Assembly (NCBI GenBank): GCA_002269645.1
Contig: NIVC01004162.1
Span: forward strand, 1-57,362
Source of the DNA: Macrostomum lignano
Lineage: Eukaryota
Reading direction: 5' to 3'
DNA length: 57,362 nucleotides
A model generated the notes under the pieces. It made no database searches and had not been told where the DNA came from. It was given only the letters and a program-made list of their open reading frames with translations. The position numbers and the translations under genes were made by a program. The stretch's first letter is position 1. The number at the start of each line of letters is the position of its first letter. Below are positions 1 to 10,800 of the stretch, piece by piece.

Positions 1-283
1 GAGAGGCAGAGATGAGAGAGGATGGATGAGAGAGGCAGAGATGAGAGAGGCAGAGATGAGAGAGGATGGATGAGAGAGGCAGAGATGAGAGAGGCAGAGA
101 TGAGAGAGGATGGATGAGAGAGGCAGAGATGAGAGAGGCAGAGATGAGAGAGGATGGATGATGAGAGGCAGAGATGAGAGAGGCAGAGATGAGAGAGGAT
201 GGATGAGAGAGGCAGAGATGAGAGAGGCAGAGATGAGAGAGGATGGATGAGAGAGGCAGAGATGAGAGAGGCAGAGATGAGAG
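1..283. repeat. Purine-rich simple tandem repeat (GAGAGAGGCAGAGAT / GAGAGAGGATGGAT units)
   Basis: Two alternating 14-15-bp units are directly visible; the array runs off the window start. Confidence 0.95.
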
Positions 284-1118
284 ATAGCGGAATGGTGGAA
301 ATATACCTACGAGCGCGTATATATAATGAACTTAACCAGAGAGGAACTTGTAATCTTTAAATATGCAGTTTCAACCGCTCTTCACCAAAATAATAATAAT
401 ATAATAATTATAAGCTTTATCTTATAAGCTCACTTCCGTTCGCATTGAAACTATGGACTTGTTGCCTATGTGTAATTCGAGTCTAGCTAATCCTTTCATT
501 AAGTGGATGGATTCTGCTATGGGGATCGAATTACATGTATTTTGACTCTGCAATGTAGGTTATAACCTCTATACGACTTTTTGAATAGATTGTACAACTT
601 CAAAGCTTTCTTTGCACTTTTAGTGAAAGCTAGTTTACATTGACTCTTTAACTATAATCACTATAGCCTATCGCTGTGTAACAACACCCTTTTGTGTAAC
701 ACCCTCCTGTGTAACACCCTCCTGTGTAACACCCTCCTGTAGAACACCCTCCTCCTGTGCCTGACAGGAGAGTGTTTTATTCCAATATTACAACAAGCAG
801 TCCAGTTTGCAAATGCAAATGTCCATTTTGTACGCTCGCATGCTGCCTTCAGCAAATTCGTGATAAAATCTACTCTCGGAAACAATGGAGTATGTAAATT
901 TCAATGAGTCAAATCTCATTGTGCAGCTATAGCACCATCGAATTCATTTCCAAGCCGTTTTTTAATATTTTTGATAAATCAAGCCCTCAAATGAGAGATT
1001 TTTTCTGAGGTTGATTATCAAAGCAATTTTTCTCCAAATTTTAAATTTAATCTTCCGACTGCAACTAGCCAGCATTAGGAAGAATTTAGCCAGTCCCTAT
1101 AGACTGACCGATCTCCAA

Positions 1119-1318
1119 CCCTAGAATCTCACCCTGAGAGTTTAATAAGACTCTAATTGCTATCTCAGACCCTAGAATCTCACCCTGAGACTCTTTGTGA
1201 GACCGACTCTAGTTGCTATCGCATACCATAGAATCTCACCCTGAGAGTCTTTGTGAGACCGACTCTAATTGCTATCTCAAACGGGTCAAACCCAAGAATC
1301 TCACCTTGAGAGTCTAAT
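1119..1318. repeat. Degenerate tandem repeat, about 4 copies, period about 51-64 bp
   Basis: The motif agaatctcacc(c/t)tgag recurs near 1120, 1170, 1226 and 1291, with gactcta(a/g)ttgctatc between copies; it lies just upstream of the GPCR acceptor. Confidence 0.8.
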
Positions 1319-1338
1319 TTTCTTCTGCGTCACTTCAG

Positions 1339-1961
1339 CCACGGATGCTGAAAGTCTGAACGGTTACCAACAGCAACAGCAGCAGCAGCCGCTGCAGCCC
1401 GAACCCAGCTCGCCGACACTCGGCACCGACTTCTTAAATAATCATCATCATCCAAAACAGCGGCAGCAGCAGCAGCAGCGGTCTCAACTTCAGACCCAGT
1501 CGCCACCGAGCTACGAGATGCAATTAAACCAAGCCGGCAACTTCATCGCCAGCTATCGTCAGGCATTTTTACTTCGCGCAAAACTGCGCAGCTTTCGAAT
1601 GTTCTCCGTCATCATTTTGACATTCCTACTGCTCTGGCTGCCCTACTGGGGCCTGTACATATTTGCGTGCGCTAACCGGCTTAGCGGAGGTCGGTACAAC
1701 GACGCGGTGGAACTGATTTCAAACGGAGTGTTCTTTTTCGGCATGTCTACCAGCGCTGTGAATCCGGTAATCTACGGGGCTTATCAGAGCCGCTGGCCGA
1801 CACCTTTGTCACGCTGTTTTGACCGCTGCTGCTGCTGCTGCTGCAAGAGTCTTGGGCAGCACGAAGAGATCAACGATCTGGTAGCAGTTGGTTATCGCCA
1901 GCAGCCGGTTAATTTGGTGATGAAGCTGAGGAATGAGAGAGCTACTAGCGGACCAGACTGA
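1339..1961 (+). CDS. Last coding exon of a rhodopsin-family peptide GPCR (GnRH/AKH/vasopressin-receptor-like): ICL3, TM6, TM7 and tail
   Basis: Acceptor cacttcag|cc at 1338/1339. RAKLRSFRMFSVIILTFLLLWLPYW (TM6), FFFGMSTSAVNPVIYGAY (TM7, NPxxY), Cys cluster in the tail. Upstream exons are not identifiable in the window. Confidence 0.85.
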
Positions 1962-4260
1962 GGTGTGCAGGAACAAGGACCGCATGTTTCTACATACATG
2001 TAGCACTTCAAATTTGCAATAATTCATTTTACTTTGAAACTGACGAGATACATTTCTCTCCATTTCCGCTCTAAACTCGGCAATTTAGTGTTCTCAGCTT
2101 ATCTTTTGACATTCAATGATCATAGAAAATGTCACGTTTATTGAATTTGAATTTTTGGTAAAGGCTTACTATACAATGTATAACAAACAATGAAATTTCA
2201 AGCAAAATTTTTGCCAGTTTCTATAGTTCCTGGGACTGTATATATAAATTTCAAAATCGATATTTTTTCAAAGAATATTTTCCAAAAAAAGTTTCTTTAT
2301 GATAAAACCACTCTTCGTGCACTAAAAACAATCAGATTCTCGATCTCCAAGTTCTGTTTTTTAAAAGTTGAAATCAGCATGAATTTTATATTTTCGATGC
2401 TAACGTATTGTAGTATTTACAATTTTGTGCAATGAAAACTGAATATTCGATATTTTTACGATGCTTTTCTAGTAAAATTATTTGTTTAAATGAAATTACA
2501 TGGTTTTAATATAGAGGGTCGTAAAGCTATTAGAATCCAACGGGCGAAAAATTTGCAATTTATCAGTTAGCAGTTCAAAAAAATACAAAAAAAATTATCT
2601 AAACCTTGAAATTCCTGTAAAGTTTCTTTTCACTCCCGTTGAAGTTACTTGCTATTTATCACTCAAGCCGAAAAGCAAAAAGAATAGTCACCGTTGAATA
2701 GTCTTGGTTCTGTAATCTTGTTTTTTTCATCGAAATGCACCATTGAATCAAAAATTCGCGTTGTTTTCCTTTTTGAATTGTGCTACAATTTTTTTAAGAT
2801 GATATAATCAGTAAACAAAAATACTTTTTCTTATATATACGAGTACATGTACATGTATGCTAATATTTCGTTTTTTTGTCGATCTGACCAAATTACTCGT
2901 AGTAGTAAATATATATCTTCGGTGACAATTTATCATGTATTTTTCGTTCCAAGTCCTGTTCTGCTAAAATTATATTAGTGTTAACTCTTGATAATAATTT
3001 AATTTAATGTTCCGTTCAGTAGCGCAGTGTTTTAATTCAGTCACGTGGCGCAGCCACGACCAAGGTTGGGAGGTTGCGCCTCCTCTCTATTGGCTTTGAC
3101 AATAAGCTAGAAAACCCCACAAAAAATCCCTTGCATATTCAAGTAAGGACAAGTTTCGTTATACTTTTGCGTTGTAATGCATGTATATTTTTTCGTCCGA
3201 ATCGATCTACGAGTATATTGCATCTTGTCCTCAACAAAGAAAGTTTGTGTATTATGTTTTTGTTCAAGATTGACTTCAATGTGACCTACATTAGCGCAGA
3301 TTCTTTTTAGTTTTCGTGCAGCATTGTTGCCATCGTTACACGACGTACATGTATATTACCTTTTAAGCCGTGACTCGTAATCCCAAACTTCTATATAAAA
3401 GAAAATTGCTAATTACCATACAAACGCTAATTTTTCATAAATTGCGACAAAAAAGTCGAAATTATTTCCGAAAAACAGAAAAGACAATTAATCAATCTTA
3501 AACAAACGATGTAGTCGTTTCTGTAGAAGAGCACTATGTTGTTCGGAATCAAGAATCATTAATTTTTTTGTGTTGTACGTGTATAATCGTTTTGATTTAG
3601 ATATTCTTGTCATTTCTTATCTTCGTGTTTAGAAAAGCTAAAAAATAGATATTAGCGATAAAAAGCATACAAATATTTGTATAGCTATTAGTATATATAA
3701 TTATGGCATATATTTGGCATCACTGAAATTTCAACTGAATGTTCTACTTTTACAAAATAACACGTACAATGGAACTATACAACTTACTTAAATTTTTCGT
3801 TTAATTTTAAATCAAGTATTCCTACTATATCTACGTAAGCTAGGTACATAAATCACTTATATTACGAGCGCCCGTAGCTACTTGTAGTTAGTTAACTTTT
3901 TTGGATGTTTTATGTGTGCTGTTACGCTAAAATCGCCAATCCTTAAATGAGTTAACTCGATAGAAAATGTTACTCTTAGCACAGAGAGTAACTTACATGT
4001 ACGTTCTGAACATTTGATTTGAATATATGTAGCGGGCCAAGCAGTCTAAAATGTATTATATTAAAACTTAACGCAGATGAATTTAAAAAAAAATAATGTT
4101 ATTGCTATTGAGAACCAGAAAACGGAAATATACAGTAATTGTTTTCTAAAAAATCTCACCAAGAAAAACGTTTTGCTTAACGTTGAATAGTGTGCGCGTT
4201 TTACCTAATAATAATACTGATAATAATACTAGTAATAATAATAATAATAATAATATAGTA

Positions 4261-4668
4261 TTTGTCATGCCATCCCAGCCCAGAGACATCCAAACTCAGC
4301 CAGCCCATCTCAACAGTGCGATTTTTTACGTAAGCCAGTCAAGTTTTACCATAGACATGCTTCTTAAGGCCATGCTATCTCAGCCTGGGACATGCAATCT
4401 CAGCCACTTTTCAGATTCTTACTGACTTTTCTTGCTGCGTTCATTCATTGCTGTTTGTTGCCATTTCATGTCACGTTACAGAAATGATAGCATTGAGATC
4501 TGTTTGCAATTGAAATCTATATTGGCTGAGATTGCATGTCCCAGGCTGAGATAGCATGGCCCCAAGAAGCACGTCTATGGCAAAACTCGACTAGCTCGAG
4601 CCAAAAAACGCATTGCGGAATGGGGCTGGCTGAGTTTGGATGTCCCCAGGCCGAGACAGCATGACAAA
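4261..4668. mobile_element. Palindromic MITE-like element with nested inverted repeats
   Basis: 4369-4406 and 4523-4560 are a perfect 38-bp inverted pair. 4261-4310 and about 4620-4668 are an imperfect outer inverted pair. No clear TSD. Confidence 0.55.
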
Positions 4669-4840
4669 AGCTATAATAACAATAAAAATAATAGTACTGT
4701 AAGAAGTCTTGAAGGTGAGATATACTGTCCAGTTGGTCCAAAGAAGCAGAAAAATACGAATTCACTAATGCATTTTAAGCAAAAAACCGACTTAGCTAAA
4801 GCAAAATTTTTACCATGTCTTGCGCTTTCACATGAAGTCC

Positions 4841-7800
4841 TTAAGCATGGGTCTCAATTTCCCTGGCCACACTGTCCCTTCGGAGTGAATCGCGTCGATG
4901 TCGCAGACTCAGCGCCAAGCCGATGCTGATGTAGTAAAAGAACTCAAGCAGCTCGCAGATTGTCAGAACAAATATTCCGCTCCATAGGCCTAGAGCTCCT
5001 GAAAAAAGAAAGTTTATATAATAGGTGTACATGCATTTATTAAACTGTGCAAACCTTCATAAAATGGGGGGCACTGCCCTTCACAAATCCAATGAGGGAC
5101 CCATATCTAGTGGAAGTTGAGGTTGTCAAAGACCCCCAGGAAAGAATGAAAGTCTCTGGTCGAGGATCCCCATTCACTGCAGTGGCAGCGACAGCCATAA
5201 ACTCTACTGGGCCATAGAAAATAAAGCAAGCCAATCAATATTAATAAAAGGGATTTTTCATAGCCAGAGTTGATGGGTTCGGGCTTCTTAAGCTTTTTTG
5301 ATCGGAAACTTTTCTGTCCTCAGAGTCCAGAAATGAATCACTGAGCACTCTAGCTAGCCTTGCATTCCTGTCAGATGATAGGTCAATATGGCTAAAAGAG
5401 AGGAGAGCGAGAGACTAGTAGGGGAATTTGTAGGGTAGAAAACAACAAATCCCAGGATTTATGCTAATCCGCCATCACAAGCTGAACAGGCTTAACGAAG
5501 CAGCACTTTCTAAATCAGTTTTTTGACTAGAATTGCGGCTTCTGCACACGTACCTGCCAACTAGTGTCTTTTATAGCTATAACTGTTCATCTCCGATATG
5601 TATAAAGCCGGACGCTGCTAGGATTAGATCGTATTGATCATGCAGCACGGACTGATGGGACTTTTTGTGGGGGTTCTTGCGCTGTCGTCTGAATACATGA
5701 TCAAAAAACTAAATTCTCAGAAAGTATTCGGGATTTCCAATACCTGTTTGATCGATAGACTAATGGACTGGAAAAACCTCGATCAGCAAAGTGGCCACTC
5801 ATCTTGTCTAGCATTGCGATAAGAGTTGCACTTGAAAACTTAAATGATCGAAATTTGACTTTCTCTTTAATTTAAAGTTATTTGCTTGGAACTGAATCGG
5901 AGCAATAGGAATTGAAGTTCTTCCACAAAAATAGCACATTTAAACGAGAGGTGAGAAGGGCCGATTTGTTATACTCAGTGTGGAATTTTCTTATTGGACG
6001 AGCTCAGGATGACTAGCTCGACTTTCAAGACCTCGCAAAATCCTTTGCGCCTGCATGGCGACCTCTCATACATGTGCCCCAGGGAGGGGGGTCGCCATCA
6101 TTAACACGAAAAATCACAATTTCGAAAAGCGCTTTCTATCATAAACCCGAAACAGCATCACTTCGAAAACCAAAATAGTGTTGGGCGTTGCTAGAACTTT
6201 CGAAGTTGTGATATTTCGGGTTTATGATAATTCGGGTTTATTATATTTCAGGTTGTAGTTGAAGACAAACAGAAGACAAACTATCTATACTTTCTGGAGC
6301 GAGAAATGATAGCTATATACGATAATAAATCGAAAAATGTGAAAAATTGTGACGCCCTAAAACAGGTGAGCATGAATCAAAGTTCAACATTTAGGAGTCA
6401 TACTCGTGTTTATTTACTACGTTTAGTAGCACACAATTTTTTTTCAGTAGTATTGATCGAAATAGGCAATTATAAATTTAGCAATTGAGTAAGATTTAAG
6501 TAAGATAATGAATTATTTTTCTTATAAATTGCCATAAAAATAGTAAGAATAAACAATAGAAGTATAGCTTTGATAAATTGCTATTAATTCAAACAGTCAC
6601 CTTTACTAGGACACAATCGTTCTCTCATTCGTAGTTTAATTAACTTTTAATATTCACATTTAGACTAGGAATTTAACTAGGAATAAGCTTTGAATTTCCT
6701 AAGAGGGTATGCTCAATTCAGAAAGGCCTTCGACTCAACGCAAATGTAAAACAGAAAGAAACACTAAAATGGCGTCGCAGTCACTTGGTGAAGCCCGATC
6801 GATCTCAAATTCGGAATCCAGCCAAGATGAACGGCTGGTATAAAAAAGTCAGACACGTTTCTGCCCCGACAAACAAATCTGAGCTCGCCAGCTTTTGGGA
6901 CTGGTCAACTGCTTTAGGAGACTGATTCCGAACTTCGCTCAAAATACTGTTCCTCTTAATTAACTGCAAAAATCTAACATCAACTTTGACTGGACCGATG
7001 AGTGCTCTCGAGCTTTCGATAATCTCAAAGCTGAAGTCCCAATAGTGCAATATATAGTGCAAGCCCTATAGCCTATCAAAAGAGTTAACTCTAAGAAAGG
7101 ATGCCTCAAAGAGCTCAATCGCCGCGTAGTGACATAGGAGAGATATCCCGAAATATTTGTTTCGAGGACACTGTCAGCCGCCAAATCAAATTGCTCAAAA
7201 ATCAAACTTCCTTCATGGCCGTTAGGCACGATTTTCAGCCACTGAGTCGTCTCTTCTGGCTGTGACATCTCTACAGCTTTGCACACATCGTCGAGAATTG
7301 GGCGCTGGGCTATGCGTCTCATGCACTTTGACTCTTGAACATCGAGTATGTGCAAGAAGCTGCGATATTCCACACGCTGACGCTCCACATCGGCTCCGCT
7401 TCGACAACTATTTCGCAGACGACAAGGAAACGTCTGATACCATCAACGCCGAGGCATTCGAATCACTGGTGATCGAGCCCGAAAGAATTTTGACATACAT
7501 GTAAATGGACACAGAGACCCGTTCACCCAGAAGATACTCATGAGAATACGCCATGGAGACTGTCAGGGTTGCTCGCAAGCGGAGTCAAGTTTCAAAGCCA
7601 TTTTCGAAAAGCTAGCGCTGGACAACAGACTTTTTACATGCAGAGGAGCTGCTTTTCATCCCTCCAGCTTCGCCGGCCTGCCTCTCAATAAAGAAAGGCC
7701 ACTTCGACTCAACACGAAGTCTTAACGCAGAAAAGCAATCATCAATAAAGAAAATCCTAAATTAACAATCTAGCCTACTATTAGTAGGAGAGAAGAAGAT

Positions 7801-10800
7801 GAGAACTAGTGTGCAATAAAAAAATTAAAAAAGTTCTTCCTCATCCAGTGACTGAGCGAATGGGGTGGGTTAGGTGCAATTCTCGTGGCAGTGGCTGTTG
7901 CTGCGGTGTGTAAGGTTTTTAGACTTGATTGGCTTTAGTAATTCAAAAACATACAGTCAAAAAACGCAGTTACCTCCTATATCGGCCAGAAGATTTTTCG
8001 CGGGGTAGGCCTCCTCTTCCGAAATTTCCTGACCATACGACGTCAATCCTTTAACCGTCAGTTGAGCCAGTCGGTCTCGAAGAAATTTTAGCTCGTTTTC
8101 AAAATTAATTCTATCGTGCAAGTTGCTCTCGGTCAGATTGCTTTCCAACATGACCAGAGAGCGCCAGTAAGTGCTGTAGATGCTGCTTATTCCTCTAAGA
8201 CGACTGTACTCTGTTCCTAAGCCAAAATTGTGCGCCAGCTTCTTTAGAATCTCCATCGACTTGGCGCCACTTAGATCCGGCCAAGCGTAGGAGATAAGCC
8301 GCATGTCGTAGTCGGTTTCCTCGCACGGCGACAAGGCTTTCTTAGCCGCCTCGAACTGGTACTGCAGCAGCTTCGATAACTGCTCTCTGTAGCATGATTC
8401 CCGTAGCCTTGACACAGTTCCCGTGTCATTGGTGTCAAAGCAGAAGGTATAGTTCGAGAATAACTCAACTTCAATTGGCAGAAATGATGGCAAGCAGTTA
8501 CATGCCTTAGCGAAATGTTGCACAGTAAATTTGTTTGTGTAGTCTTCTTTGCTTGGGATATTGTAGCGCCAATCCATTGCTTGCAGGGGTCTACAAAGTC
8601 AAATGTAAAAGATTTCATATCGTAGGATTAAACTGTTGGACAGGTTAAAATTTTGAGTACAGTATGCCACGCACCTCAACGCGTTTTGTTTTTCAAGTTG
8701 TGCTCGCAGAACAGCAATTTTTTGCCACCATTCCGAGGCTGCCTTAACGAAGTGTAAACGTATATTTTCCCTGAAATAGAAAGTCACGATAATGCAATTT
8801 AGGATCATACTTATGTCCAAGTAATATTTCCAGGCTTACTCATTAGAACTCGTGGTTTTAGCCTGCTTCCAAGACGGCATTCTGTAAGTTACAGGCTCCG
8901 TGTTCTCAACACAGGGCCTCGATGCAGTGGATAGCTTCTTAATTTTTTTAAAACTCAACTGAATATCCATGCTTTGAGCTGTGGCAACATCGACACCCTT
9001 TGACGGCCATGGGTAGCTGCCTTCTGGGACTATGACTGCCTGCAAAATTCAGATGTTCGTGAAAAACTAATAAAGTGGTAATTAAATAAAAGCTTCTACT
9101 AACAATGAGAAATAAGATTGAACAGGCGGGGTTGAGAACTAGGAACTAAGACATGGGAATTAGGACATGAAAAATTGAGAGAAGAACACAACGCAACGGC
9201 ATGGTACAAACAGTTTCAAAATATTCACTGTTTGTAGGACTTACTTTAAAAGCGATTTTTCTTTCATCATTGCTGACGGACCTGTGCACGATGCGGTTCA
9301 GCTTGTCCAATTCTGGTATTGTTCCACCATTCGAGTCTGTCAAGTCCGTGAAATATTTGATTGACAGCTGACTGTCCGCCAACTGCGAGCTGGACATGTT
9401 CTGGGTGAATCGCTGCTTCATAAAGTGGTGACACATGCCCAGCTGCGGGTGAGACACGCTCAGGAAGTCGTCTTTAGTGCAGCTCTGGCCACCGAAGGAG
9501 CACTCGGCCAGGGTGAAGCTCAGGTCGCTGCTGAACTGCAGGGCCAGCAGGTGGCTGCCGATGCCATCCCGGATCGCAGCAGTCACGGTGGGAACTTTAG
9601 TGTCTGCAAGACATCAATAAGAGCTAGAAAACTGTAGCACTTATTGACTGTGACATTTCTTCTACTTATCTTAAAGCTAAATACATGTACTATATTGTAT
9701 TGTGGCCTAAGCAGAAGGGGAGGGGCGAGGGGGGGGGACGTTCCTATTAAAAAAACAAACTAAAGAACTGATGGGTTCCTTTCATAAGACCGAAATTTCA
9801 CAACACCGAAAACTCCATATGCAAGACCCTTTACAAGTCCGAAAATTCATATGACGGAAAGTTCACATCGTAGAAAACTTAATAAAACAAGGACCATGCA
9901 AATATTTGGCGTTGTCAAATTTGGTCTTGTACGAGCTAGAGGGTCTCGTATATACTCGTAGAGTTTTCGGCGTTGTGAAATCACAGGCCTAAGATGAGAG
10001 GGACAGGCCCAAGGACAGGGGCGGGCGCCAATCGAGAGACAGACATTCAGACAGAAGTGAGACAGATGCAGGCAGAAACTGGCACAATATTTTTTAGGAC
10101 TATTTGACTGGCAAATGCTAAACTCACAGCAGGCGGGAATGTCGCACTTGGTCAATGCCAAATTTACCAAGTTGGATTTTCCGAAGGTGTCAGAAGCGCA
10201 GGAGGGAGCCTCGTCGTCTGATTTCAAATCTGGGTTCCGACTGAAATGTTCGATATGAGAACTTAGGGCTGCAAGTGTTTTGGCACTTAAATAATTACTG
10301 AATTGGCAGCACTATTAAGCGTATAGCTGCAATCAAAGCTTACTAATAAACCCTGTCTGAAAAGCCAAACTCCCGGATAATTTGAGCAGGCCTGCAAAAA
10401 TTGTCAGCACCTTCAAGCCGGTCATAGTCGGGCGTTTCCAAATGAATCCGCATTTTATAGTCATAGTTGGCTGAAATGTGACAGTTTAAAATATAAAGAC
10501 ATTTTGTTTAAATATTAAAAGCGCTGGAGGACAACTGGATTATATAAATAAATAAAATACTTTCACTCAACAACTACACAGTTTTTTTTATATCGTTATT
10601 GTGTTATTGTGTTTTGTTGTTACTGCTACTAGAGAAGAGTTTCTCATTCAGTCACAAATTGTTTTTGTCTGATGTTTCTAAACTTGTACGAGTAGTAGCG
10701 AAACTTGCTTCCCCGTATAATCGTTTGTATATAAAGTATACGTGTAACTTATAAAGTATAGCTACTTATAATCTAAAATTCTAATAAATGATTTTTTCTC

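Noticed and set aside
6960-7388. Minus-strand 142-aa ORF superficially like a hAT dimerisation domain
   Set aside because: The plus strand gives a much better, colinear match to Gypsy RT/RNase H.
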